A DNA stretch of 63,366 nt, the filler included, from Octopus bimaculoides (Eukaryota): NCBI RefSeq assembly GCF_001194135.2. It is 5 parts of 5 records of this genome, joined end to end, with 100 filler letters (N's around TTAATTAATTAA, not from the genome) between each part and the next. Parts side by side here need not be neighbours in the genome. Positions count along the whole stretch, not along the records: positions 23,735 to 39,910 come from NC_069004.1; positions 40,011 to 53,427 come from NC_069007.1; 3 more parts are not named here. One strand, 5' to 3'. Below the pieces are notes generated by a model. That model had not been told where the DNA came from. It did no database searches and saw nothing but the letters and a program-made list of their open reading frames with translations. Positions within the stretch are counted from its first letter, which is position 1. Every line of letters begins with the position of its first letter. The position numbers and the translations under genes were made by a program. Shown piece after piece: positions 38,158 through 49,471 of the stretch.

Positions 38158-38752
38158 TTCTTTTCTACTTTAGGCCCCCAGTACGTTAATGGTATTTAAT
38201 TTATGGACACCGAGAAGATGAAAGGCAAAGTCGAAATTTGAACTCAGAACGTTAAGACAGACGAAATACCGTTAAGCATTTCGCCCGGCATGCTGACGTT
38301 TCTTATTTCTTTACTGACCACAAGGGGTTTACACACAGAAGGGACAAACAACGACAGACAAACGGATTAAGTCGAGTGTATCGACCCCATTGCGTAACTG
38401 GTAATTATTTAATCGACTCCGAAAGGATGAAAGGCAAAGTCGACCTCGGCAGAATTTGAACTCAGAACGTAGTGGCAGACGAAATACCGCTAAGTATTCC
38501 GCCCTGCATGCTAACATTTCTTATTTCTTTATTGCTCACAAGGGGCTAAACATAGAGGGGACAAACAAAGACAGGCAAAGGGATTAAGTCGAATAAATCT
38601 ACCCCAGTGCGTAACTGGTACTTAATTCATCGAGCCCGAAAGGATGAAAGGCAAATGCGACCTCGGCGGAATTTGAACTCAGAACGGAACGGCAGACAAA
38701 ATACCGCTAAATATTTCGCCCGGCGCCCTAACGTTTCCGCCAGCTCACCATC
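38158..38752 (-). mobile_element. SINE family C, head-to-tail trimer
   Basis: The head ggtgagctggcggaaacgttag occurs once. The B-box gagttcaaatt occurs three times (~38675, ~38460, ~38240). Units join at aagaa|a(c/t)gt.agc. Confidence 0.85.
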
Positions 38753-39175
38753 TTTAAGAGGGGAGACATTAAACAATACAGTCGTAGCTCCACATACATG
38801 CAATGCAATGTTTTGCCTTTGAAAGAAACTGCTTGATCAGGGCTTACATGGGGAAAAACAACCACCATTAATAATATAACGACCACAAATACTATTGCAG
38901 CTACAACGAAATTAGTTCATATAATGATGGAAGTGTCTTCAGATATATTTATTTTTGTCTGAAGTAGAAATCATTAGTGATGATCTCCGTGTAGTTTTAG
39001 CGGAGTTATTAATAGTGTACCAGTGTAGTTTAATGGATAACACTGTTGGAAACTTGCCCGGCCAATGACGTTTAACTATTATTGGTTCGGAGAGGGGCGC
39101 TGGGTTAGCAGAAACACAATGGTATTACTCTACGTATGTATGTATGTATGTATATGCGAGTGTGTGTGTGTATAT

Positions 39176-39232
<57 letters not shown>

Positions 39233-39295
39233 CGTATGTAAGTACGCATCTATGCATATATGTATGCATAAATGTTTATATATATATATATATAT

Positions 39296-39640
39296 TACCT
39301 GCTTTGACCATTGAACTGTGGCCATGCTGGGGCACCTTCTTGAAGGTTTTAGTCAAAAAAATCGATGCTAGTACTTATTCTTATATCGAGTATTTATTTT
39401 ATTCAATTCTTTTGCCGATTCCCTAAGTTACGGGAGCAGAAGCAAATCAATACCTCCTGTCAGGTGTTAGCAGGGACAAAAAGAAATACAGGGACAGGCA
39501 CACAATCGTATAAACATATATACAACGGGCTTCCACACAGTTTCCATCTACCATAGTTATCCACAAGGCACATGGGTGTCTGAGGCTACAGTAGAAGGCA
39601 CTTGTCCAAGCTGCGGCGAACTGAAGCTGATCCCGAAACC
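39296..39640 (-). mobile_element. SINE family A
   Basis: Reverse-complement blocks tgtggccatgctggggcacc, cctaagttacggg, tttccatctacca, cacttgtccaag. Confidence 0.75.
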
Positions 39641-39702
39641 ATGCGGATGTAAAGTGATCGATGACGTGGATCAAGTTGTTCGCTCAACTGAATGGTCTGT
39701 CC

Positions 39703-39738
<36 letters not shown>

Positions 39739-39786
39739 GCAACAACAACAACAACTACAATAATAATAATAATAATAATAATAATG

Positions 39787-39838
<52 letters not shown>

Positions 39839-39910
39839 TAATAATAATAGTCCTTTCTACTGGAAGCACAAAGCCTCAAATTTGGGGGAAGGGATTAAGT
39901 TGATTACATT

Positions 39911-40010
39911 NNNNNNNNNNNNNNNNNNNNNNNNNNNNNNNNNNNNNNNNNNNNTTAATTAATTAANNNNNNNNNNNNNNNNNNNNNNNNNNNNNNNNNN
40001 NNNNNNNNNN
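39911..40010. other. Artificial scaffold join (44 N + TTAATTAATTAA + 44 N)
   Basis: Linker at 39955-39966. Confidence 0.95.
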
Positions 40011-40094
40011 GATATGGCCGTTGAGGGGTTTGTAGTTAGAATTTAGGTGCAATAAATTGGTTGGTTCTAGGTGAATTCGTCCAAAATTTATCTG

Positions 40095-40144
40095 TGCGTG
40101 GTTGTATGTGTGTGTGTGTGTGTGGTTGTATGTGTGTGTGTGGT

Positions 40145-40181
<37 letters not shown>

Positions 40182-40475
40182 TTGGATGTATGTATGTTGT
40201 TGTATATGTGTGTGTGTGGTTGTATGTATGTGTGTGGTTGGATGTGTGTGTGTTGTGTGTTGTTGTATATGTATGTGTGGTTGTATGTATGTGTGGTTGG
40301 ATGTATGTGTGTGTATGTATGCGTGTGGCAGTATATATGTGTGTGTGGTTTTTGCATGGTCAGATGTCTGCTTGTGGTTGTGTGTGTGTGTGGTTGTATG
40401 TGTGTATGTTGTGTGAGGTTGTATATGTGTGTGTATGTGCGTGTGTGGTTGTATGTGTGTGTACGGTTGTAGATG
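40095..40475 (+). repeat. Compound minisatellite: (TG)n punctuated by GGTTGTATG
   Basis: The anchor gtggttg(t/g)atg recurs more than ten times at irregular spacing. Confidence 0.85.
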
Positions 40476-40759
40476 AGTTGTTGGAGACAAATTCGCCGGG
40501 TAGGAAGGAGGGGAAAAAGAGCGAGGAAGTCAGAGAGAAAGAAAGAATGAATGAAAGAAAGGAAGGAAGGAAAAAAAGAAACGGCGAAGGAGAAAAAGAG
40601 GCTCGCTAAACAATGAGGGTGGGGAGAGGGGACGTTTAGTGGGGAATAGGTGGAAAAAATTTAAGGGGAATGTTTGACATAACATGTTGGGGTTATTGTT
40701 AATACAGCATATCGTCATTTTGAGGGGAGGGGCAGCGCGTAGTGTTGCCTCCCCCCCTC

Positions 40760-40793
<34 letters not shown>

Positions 40794-40907
40794 GTATGTA
40801 TATAGGCATGCACAGAAGTAGGTAAGAATACACGGGTATAAGTACATCTGAATACATGCACTCTCCCTCTATCACTCTGAATGTATATATATTATACATA
40901 TATATAC

Positions 40908-40938
<31 letters not shown>

Positions 40939-41325
40939 NNNNNNNNNNNNNNNNNNNNNNNNNNNNNNNNNNNNNNNNNNNNNNNNNNNNNNNNNNNNNN
41001 NNNNNNNNNNNNNNNNNNNNNNNNNNNNNNNNNNNNNNNNNNNNNNNNNNNNNNNNNNNNNNNNNNNNNNNNNNNNNNNNNNNNNNNNNNNNNNNNNNNN
41101 NNNNNNNNNNNNNNNNNNNNNNNNNNNNNNNNNNNNNNNNNNNNNNNNNNNNNNNNNNNNNNNNNNNNNNNNNNNNNNNNNNNNNNNNNNNNNNNNNNNN
41201 NNNNNNNNNNNNNNNNNNNNNNNNNNNNNNNNNNNNNNNNNNNNNNNNNNNNNNNNNNNNNNNNNNNNNNNNNNNNNNNNNNNNNNNNNNNNNTATATAT
41301 ATATATATATATATATGTGTGTATA

Positions 41326-41447
41326 TTTAGAGAAAAAAACCCACAATTATTGAATTCATCCATGAAAATTCACAATATTAAATTTTCCTAAATGTGACTG
41401 TGGATTTTCATGGATGAATTCAATAATTGTGGGTTTTTTCCTCTAAA
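41326..41447. repeat. 49-bp-arm fold-back palindrome with 24-nt loop
   Basis: 41326-41374 versus 41399-41447, two mismatches. Confidence 0.9.
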
Positions 41448-42228
41448 CTATATATTCATGTATTATATATCGTGAAATTTAATTTAATTTTAATTTTGAT
41501 AAATTAAATTAAATTGAATTTTTCCCTGTAAATTTGGATTTTTATCCCTAATATTATTATTATTATTATTATTATACATATATATATATATATATATATA
41601 TATGCACGCAAATAAAATATATATATATTACATCTATATATATGTACGTACACACATACGTACACACACACACACGCACGCACACACACATATATTCATA
41701 TATATACGCATGTGAGTGCTCATTATGCTCAGACAAAATATACATGTGTGTGTGAGTGTGTGTGTGAGTGCGTGTGTGTGTTTGTGTGTGTGTGTGTTTG
41801 TGTTTGTGTGTGTGAGCGTGCGTGTGTGAGTGTGTGTCTGTGTGTGTGAACGTTTCCCCATATTCTAAAGCAATGTTTCGTTCTTCACGCTGTTGGCAAA
41901 CAGGAATGGAACTTGAGAACAGCTGTAAGGGTTTTCTCTCTAAGACATGGCTTCTGTTCTACATCTGTTGATGATGATGATGATGACTATGATGATGGTG
42001 ATGATGATGACGATGATGATGGTGATGATGATGATGGTGATGGTGAGGAAGAGAGAGAGAGGAAGAAGATCGGGAGAAAGATGGGGACGAGGAAGAGGAG
42101 GATGGGAGGAGGAAAGGGTGGAAGAGAAGGATGGCGATGAGGAAGAGCTAGAGGTGAGAAAAACGAGAATAGGGTGGAAGAGTAACGATAAAAGTACAAG
42201 GATTCTTCTTCTTCTTCTTCTTCTGCTT

Positions 42229-42269
<41 letters not shown>

Positions 42270-42270
<1 letters not shown>

Positions 42271-42791
42271 GAGTGAGAGAGCAGTGCATACCATCAAAGT
42301 GATACCGGCGTAAAATATGCGATACCCAATATACCCATCATGACTACCCGTCTGATAAGGGTATACCAGGCACATGCATCACAACCATATGTACGCGACA
42401 TGGTGATCTCATATCAAGATAAACAGCACATGACCTCACAGGTGGGGCCCAGTTAGAATTTTCGTCAGGTCGAGTAGCCCATCCCGTTCAAAAGGTTCCT
42501 GAATAAGGTTTGTTTAAGGATGTTGAACGAAACACCCGTGTTTTCAAAGGTGAATTATCCAAACCCCAAAGAATTCCTCTCAACACGTGGATATGATGCT
42601 CCCCCACTACATCTGCTCGTGATCAGAGATGCACATATCGTCAGCCACCAAGGGACATGCTCAACTGGTTAAGGTCAGACAACTGACAAGCAAATCTGTG
42701 ATATTGAGCAGAATATTTGCTGTAGCCCACCTTTTATACCAAGACAAAACAATGTACATGACAGCACTTCCAATCAGTTAAGATCAGAAGC

Positions 42792-42792
<1 letters not shown>
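42270..42792. mobile_element. ~540-bp (TTA)n-flanked element, copy 2
   Basis: Colinear with 31651-32192. (TTA)n lies on both sides (42232-42270 and 42793-42841). Confidence 0.85.
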
Positions 42793-42842
<50 letters not shown>

Positions 42843-42844
42843 CC

Positions 42845-42999
42845 CATCGCTACGCTGTGAGTTCAAATTCCGCCGAGCTCGACTTTGCCTTTCATCGCTT
42901 CGCGGTCAATAAATTAAGTACTAGTTGCATACTGGGGTCGATCTAATCGACTGGCCCTCTCCCCAAAAATTTCGGGTCTTGTACCGAGAGTAGAAATTA

Positions 43000-43000
<1 letters not shown>
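42845..43000 (+). mobile_element. SINE family C with (TTA)n tail
   Basis: Contains gagttcaaattccgccgag.tcgactttgcctttcat..ggggtcgatctaatcgactgg. Confidence 0.85.
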
Positions 43001-43051
<51 letters not shown>

Positions 43052-43055
<4 letters not shown>

Positions 43056-43790
43056 TAGTTTTATTTTTATAACGTGCTTTCACTTCACTACCGAGCGCAG
43101 CCCTGTGTGCCTTGGCTATGTGCTGTGGTTTGCTGTGATGCTCTTTTGGTTACTGTATTGCAAGTGTTTTGCGTAGGATGTGTGCAGTGCCCAGTAGTGC
43201 CGTTCTTTGGGTAGAGCACTGCTGTAAAATAAGCGTGTAGGATTGAAATATATTCCTCACGTGTCCATTTATGCCGTTTTGGTTTTATTTGCGGGACATG
43301 AGGAACAACGTCCGGCCCTTTGTTTTGACGGTCATCATTTTCGTAGGGTACCGGTCCGTTCATTTCTGTTGTCAGATTGTTTTGCACGTGTAGTTTTTCG
43401 TACTTTTTGTGTAACAAGTTTAAAGTACGTACTTCCCGGTTGTTATTCTTGGGTGGAATAATACCGGTATTATTTAATCTATTTGTAATTTGTTTTGTAC
43501 ATGGTGTTTGGGGCCGGAGATGGTCTGGTGTTGATGTATCAAGCGTGTTTACATGTGCTGTGCGAGCAGTGGAGATGATATCCAGTTAAAATACATCATT
43601 TCATTTGGAAAATAGAGATAAATTTCAATGAGTATTACTTACTCGGATATAGTCCAACCCTTTGTCAGCTATTTTTGGCTCCATGCGATGTCTTTATTTC
43701 CGATGTTTTTGGATAAATTTCGGAGCAGTGATTTATCGTTCTCATTTTGTTAAACGTCCCCGGTGTAATCTGTTAAATGTCCCTGGTGTA
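43052..43790 (-). mobile_element. Internally deleted R4/Dong derivative (5' region fused to 3' end)
   Basis: The N-terminal motif PKRHKWTREEYISILHAY (~43230-43290) joins at 43200/43201 to ALLGTAHILRKTLAIQ* and the 3' UTR. (TAA)n lies at both ends. Confidence 0.8.
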
Positions 43791-43807
43791 TATTATTATC
43801 ATCATCA

Positions 43808-43863
<56 letters not shown>

Positions 43864-43866
<3 letters not shown>

Positions 43867-45650
43867 CACTCAATAGATTAGACTGTTGGAAATTAAAAGA
43901 ATCCTAACATCGGGCTACAACAAGTAGCCTTAGATGCCAAGAACCCTCTAATTGGGTTACAGCACGTAACTTTAGATACCAAAACCCTCCTAAGAATCCT
44001 AGTTGTCCCTACTAACAATTTTCTGCAGCTGTACTAAACTGGGTTTTATGCCTATTTCCTCTGTCCATCTGTTCAGATCTTTAGGGATAGTTCCCAATGC
44101 ACCCATAACTACTGGAATACATTTTACCCACACTTTCCATACTCTCTGTAATTCAATAGCTAGGTCCTGGTACTTTGCTAGTTTTTCTATACTTCTCATA
44201 TTAATTTTTTCATCATTTGGGACTGTAAAGTCAATTATCTGGCACTTTCTATTCTCTTTATCTACTACTACTAACCGAGGCCTTCTAGCTTGTATTACTC
44301 TATCAGTCTGAATGTTAAAGTTCCACAACATCTTGTATTTCTTACTTTCTACTACTTCACTGGCTTCATATTCATACCATTTATCAATATAGGCGTAGGA
44401 GTGGCTGTGTGTTAAGTAGCTTGCTTACCAACCACATGGTTCCGGGTTCAGTCCCACTGCGTGGCATCTTGGGCAAGTGTCTTCTACTATAGCCTCGGGC
44501 CGACCAAAGCCTTGTGAGTGGATTTGGTAGACGGAAACTGAAAGAAGCCCATCGTATATATATGTGTATATATGTATGTGTATGTGTTTGTATGTCTGTG
44601 TTTGTATGTCTGTGTTTGTCCTCCCAACATCGCTTGACAACCGATGCTGGTGTGTTTACGTCCCCGTAACTTAGCGGTTCGGCAAAAGAGACCGATAGAA
44701 TAAGTACTAGGCTTCCAAAGAATAAGTCCTGGGGTCAATTTTCTCGACTAAAGGTGGTGCTCCAGCATGGCCACAGTCAAAAGGCTGTAACAAGTAAAAG
44801 AGTAAAAGAGTAATATGTTCAAATCCTAGCTTTCTACAAAGCTCCCAGTGGATTCCTCCCCCTAGATTGTCATGTTTTTTCTTGTTTTCTTTCTGTGTAA
44901 GCATGCTACATCCACCTACTATGTGAGTGACGCTTTCCTCTTTCGATTTGCACAAGCTACATTGGGAATCTACTTGGTATTTGTCTATTTTGGCTTTTAT
45001 CAAATTAGTCCTTAATGCTTGATCTTGTGCAGCTTCTAGCAAATTTTCTGTCTCTCTCTTCAGCTTTCCTTTCTGCAGCCATAACCATGTCCCACTACAA
45101 CCATTTGCTGCAACTATCTTTCGGAATCTACCATGTAACGCCTTTTCCTGCCAATCATAATTTCTATTCTTTTTTCTGGTTTTTAAGCTCGTTTGGTGTT
45201 TTGGTTTCCCTATGTTTTGCTGAGACTCTAGCAACTTTTAATAAACTTTCTTCACTATTACCTACATAGGAGTCTATATCTACCCTAGCTAACTCCACAG
45301 TCTTCTACAGATATTAACCCTCTTCCACCTTCCTTTCTAGGTAGGTATAATTTTGCTACTCCTGTCCTTGGGTGGAGTCCTCCAATCATATTGAATTCCT
45401 TCGTAGTTCTTCTGTCTATCTTTGCTAATTCAGTTTTTGTCCAATCTACAAAAGATGCTGAGTATCTAAGTAATGATACTACCCAAGTATTTACAGCCTT
45501 CACGAGACTCGAACCATTTAGCTTTGACTTCCTCGCCCTTCAGATGTACTCCCTCTCAATTTTCGTTTTCATTTCTGTAGTTAGTACTCTGTCAGATTCT
45601 AATACTCTGAGATTCTAATAACTCTTTCCTTCTTTCAATGATTTTAGCGT
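43864..45650 (-). mobile_element. 3' half of an R4/Dong-clade element (RT thumb, CCHC, REL) with a nested SINE
   Basis: Reads KAVNTWVVSLLRYS..LYLPRKEGGRGL, AAQDQALRTN..CSLCKSKEESVTHIVGGC (C-x2-C-x8-H-x4-C), LWNFNIQTDRVIQARRPRLVV..IDFTVP..KYQDL..PVVMGALG. (TAA)n tail at 43792-43864. Confidence 0.9.
44391..44811 (+). mobile_element. Full-length SINE family A with 5-bp TSD (aatat)
   Basis: A-box-like tggctgtgtg, B-box ggttcagtccc, tail (agtaaaag)n. aatat occurs at 44386-44390 and 44812-44816. Removing the SINE restores the host frame FEHIDKWYE. Confidence 0.9.
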
Positions 45651-46899
45651 CTGTCATCAATGTCATCATCATCATTGTTATTACCACCAGCATCGTCACC
45701 ACCACCACCACCACCACCACCAGTATCATAATCACAGCAACATCGTCATCGTCATCATCGTTGTTATTATCAACATGATCATCACCATCATCATCAGTAT
45801 GAAGATGATGACAATCATCATAATCATCATCGCCATTACCCTCACTATCATCCTTATATTCACCCGCATCACCACCATCATCACCACCACCACAACCACC
45901 ACTNNNNNNNNNNNNNNNNNNNNNNNNNNNNNNNNNNNNNNNNNNNNNNNNNNNNNNNNNNNNNNNNNNNNNNNNNNNNNNNNNNNNNNNNNNNNNNNNN
46001 NNNNNNNNNNNNNNNNNNNNNNNNNNNNNNNNNNNNNNNNNNNNNNNNNNNNNNNNNNNNNNNNNNNNNNNNNNNNNNNNNNNNNNNNNNNNNNNNNNNN
46101 NNNNNNNNNNNNNNNNNNNNNNNNNNNNNNNNNNNNNNNNNNNNNNNNNNNNNNNNNNNNNNNNNNNNNNNNNNNNNNNNNNNNNNNNNNNNNNNNNNNN
46201 NNNNNNNNNNNNNNNNNNNNNNNNNNNNNNNNNNNNNNNNNNNNNNNNNNNNNNNNNNNNNNNNNNNNNNNNNNNNNNNNNNNNNNNNNNNNNNNNNNNN
46301 NNNNNNNNNNNNNNNNNNNNNNNNNNNNNNNNNNNNNNNNNNNNNNNNNNNNNNNNNNNNNNNNNNNNNNNNNNNNNNNNNNNNNNNNNNNNNNNNNNNN
46401 NNNNNNNNNNNNNNNNNNNNNNNNNNNNNNNNNNNNNNNNNNNNNNNNNNNNNNNNNNNNNNNNNNNNNNNNNNNNNNNNNNNNNNNNNNNNNNNNNNNN
46501 NNNNNNNNNNNNNNNNNNNNNNNNNNNNNNNNNNNNNNNNNNNNNNNNNNNNNNNNNNNNNNNNNNNNNNNNNNNNNNNNNNNNNNNNNNNNNNNNNNNN
46601 NNNNNNNNNNNNNNNNNNNNNNNNNNNNNNNNNNNNNNNNNNNNNNNNNNNNNNNNNNNNNNNNNNNNNNNNNNNNNNNNNNNNNNNNNNNNNNNNNNNN
46701 NNNNNNNNNNNNNNNNNNNNNNNNNNNNNNNNNNNNNNNNNNNNNNNNNNNNCACCTGTGGTTTTTAGTCAGCCTTAGCCATGCTGAGCTGGTTCCAGAT
46801 GCTAAGCCTGTCCCCTTGGTGTCATTCTTCAGTTTCCTCGGTTCCAGACCAATCTTCTCCAAGAAGTACCATACCAACCTGCTCTAGATATTTTATTCT

Positions 46900-47101
46900 T
46901 GGCATAAAAATTCGCACTTCTCTTCGCTGAGCTTAAACTCATAATCTTTTATTCTTTCGAAAACCTTTTTAACATGCTCAGCATGCTGATCCCGAGATTC
47001 ACATTTTATGAGTATGTCGTCAAGGTAAGCTGCGAACATAACATCCATAATTTGTTGGAAAATGCCAGGTGCTACCTTTATACCAAAGGGGAGTCGATTA
47101 A
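46900..47101 (-). mobile_element. Gypsy/Ty3 LTR-retrotransposon RT fragment
   Basis: Reads RLPFGIKVAPGIFQQIMD..AAYLDDILI..HAEHVKKVFERIKDYEFKLSEEKCEF. Confidence 0.85.
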
Positions 47102-47201
47102 NNNNNNNNNNNNNNNNNNNNNNNNNNNNNNNNNNNNNNNNNNNNNNNNNNNNNNNNNNNNNNNNNNNNNNNNNNNNNNNNNNNNNNNNNNNNNNNNNNN
47201 N

Positions 47202-47245
47202 ACCGCGAGTCCGCTGCCCTAACCACTGGGCCATTGCGCCTCCAC
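47202..47245 (-). mobile_element. tRNA-like SINE head fragment
   Basis: Minus strand reads ggaggcgcaatggcccagtggttagggcagcggactcgcggt and is cut by a gap. Confidence 0.6.
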
Positions 47246-47419
47246 AAAGAGTGCATTAGACGAAAATTAAATAATGGAAAGCTTAATTTTGCATATAGGG
47301 ACCAAGACAGACATTTTATGGCATTTTTGGGGGAAAAAATGTTTATTTTAGAAATTATTACTTTTGGTGGATTATATGATAAACATGTTTCACTTTCTGT
47401 TTTGGCATGGTTTTTTGTT

Positions 47420-47676
47420 TTTTTTACAGCTGGATGCTTTTCCTAACGCCAACCACACCACAGAGTGGACAGAGTGCTGAGTGCGTAAAAAGCACTCAGC
47501 CCTGTCTGTGGGGCAGTTAGGGTGAGGAAGGGCATCCAGACATAAAAAACTATGCCAAAACAAACACTGAAGCCTGATGCAGTCTTCTGCCTAACTAGCT
47601 TCTGTCAGACGATCCAACCCATGCCTGCATGGAAAACAGATCTTAAACGATGATGATGATGATGATGATGATGATG
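47420..47676 (+). mobile_element. SINE-like repeat with RTE-type tail and fold-back 5' part
   Basis: Contains aggaagggcatccag..ccaacccatgcc.gcatggaaaac.ga..ttaaacgatgatgatg. An inverted partial copy sits at 47421-47460. Confidence 0.6.
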
Positions 47677-47682
47677 ACAACG

Positions 47683-47713
<31 letters not shown>

Positions 47714-48712
47714 CAGAGAGAGAGAGAGAGAGAGANNNNNNNNNNNNNNNNNNNNNNNNNNNNNNNNNNNNNNNNNNNNNNNNNNNNNNNNNNNNNNNNN
47801 NNNNNNNNNNNNNNNNNNNNNNNNNNNNNNNNNNNNNNNNNNNNNNNNNNNNNNNNNNNNNNNNNNNNNNNNNNNNNNNNNNNNNNNNNNNNNNNNNNNN
47901 NNNNNNNNNNNNNNNNNNNNNNNNNNNNNNNNNNNNNNNNNNNNNNNNNNNNNNNNNNNNNNNNNNNNNNNNNNNNNNNNNNNNNNNNNNNNNNNNNNNN
48001 NNNNNNNNNNNNNNNNNNNNNNNNNNNNNNNNNNNNNNNNNNNNNNNNNNNNNNNNNNNNNNNNNNNNNNNNNNNNNNNNNNNNNNNNNNNNNNNNNNNN
48101 NNNNNNNNNNNNNNNNNNNNNNNNNNNNNNNNNNNNNNNNNNNNNNNNNNNNNNNNNNNNNNNNNNNNNNNNNNNNNNNNNNNNNNNNNNNNNNNNNNNN
48201 NNNNNNNNNNNNNNNNNNNNNNNNNNNNNNNNNNNNNNNNNNNNNNNNNNNNNNNNNNNNNNNNNNNNNNNNNNNNNNNNNNNNNNNNNNNNNNNNNNNN
48301 NNNNNNNNNNNNNNNNNNNNNNNNNNNNNNNNNNNNNNNNNNNNNNNNNNNNNNNNNNNNNNNNNNNNNNNNNNNNNNNNNNNNNNNNNNNNNNNNNNNN
48401 NNNNNNNNNNNNNNNNNNNNNNNNNNNNNNNNNNNNNNNNNNNNNNNNNNNNNNNNNNNNNNNNNNNNNNNNNNNNNNNNNNNNNNNNNNNNNNNNNNNN
48501 NNNNNNNNNNNNNNNNNNNNNNNNNNNNNNNNNNNNNNNNNNNNNNNNNNNNNNNNNNNNNNNNNNNNNNNNNNNNNNNNNNNNNNNNNNNNNNNNNNNN
48601 NNNNNNNNNNNNNNNNNNNNNNNNNNNNNNNNNNNNNNNNNNNNNNNNNNNNNNNNNNATATATAATAATATATATATATATATATATATACATATAGAT
48701 AGATAGATAGAC

Positions 48713-48774
<62 letters not shown>

Positions 48775-49410
48775 ACAGACAGACAGATAGACAGACAGAT
48801 GGATAGAGAGACAGATAGATAAACAGAGATAGATAGCTATATATAGAGAGAGAGATTCATATATAGATAGATAGATAGATAGATAATGCAACTAAGCCAC
48901 TCATCACCCTGTAGACTTAGTCTTCGGTAAAGACTTTGGAATGTAAGTTCAAACCATTTGAGGACTACAAAGAGTTTTCTATATTGAGCATCCCTTGATC
49001 TCATCTGTTGACTCTTGTGTGTGTGGGGGTGTGGGGTGTGTGTGTGTGTATGTTTTAAATATATAGGCACACAGATATAGAAATACGTACACGCACTTGT
49101 CTGCACTTATAAATACACACAGAAATGTACATACATATACACACACATTTATACACATACATATGCACACAATTGTACAGACATTTAGACACACACACAA
49201 AACTACAAGTACACATGTATATAGAGTTTACACATGCACAAACATGTATATACATGTACGCACACATATACAGGTGTTTATATACACACATATAAGAGTA
49301 CATACATACATAAATGCATATATTCATATATATACACACACACGTTTATATATAAACATATAAATACATACACACACACATAAAATATAATTTAATTTAA
49401 TATAATGTAT

Positions 49411-49471
<61 letters not shown>

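Noticed and set aside
46752-46890. GC-richer scrap beside the Gypsy RT fragment
   Set aside because: It could not be assigned and is cut by a gap.
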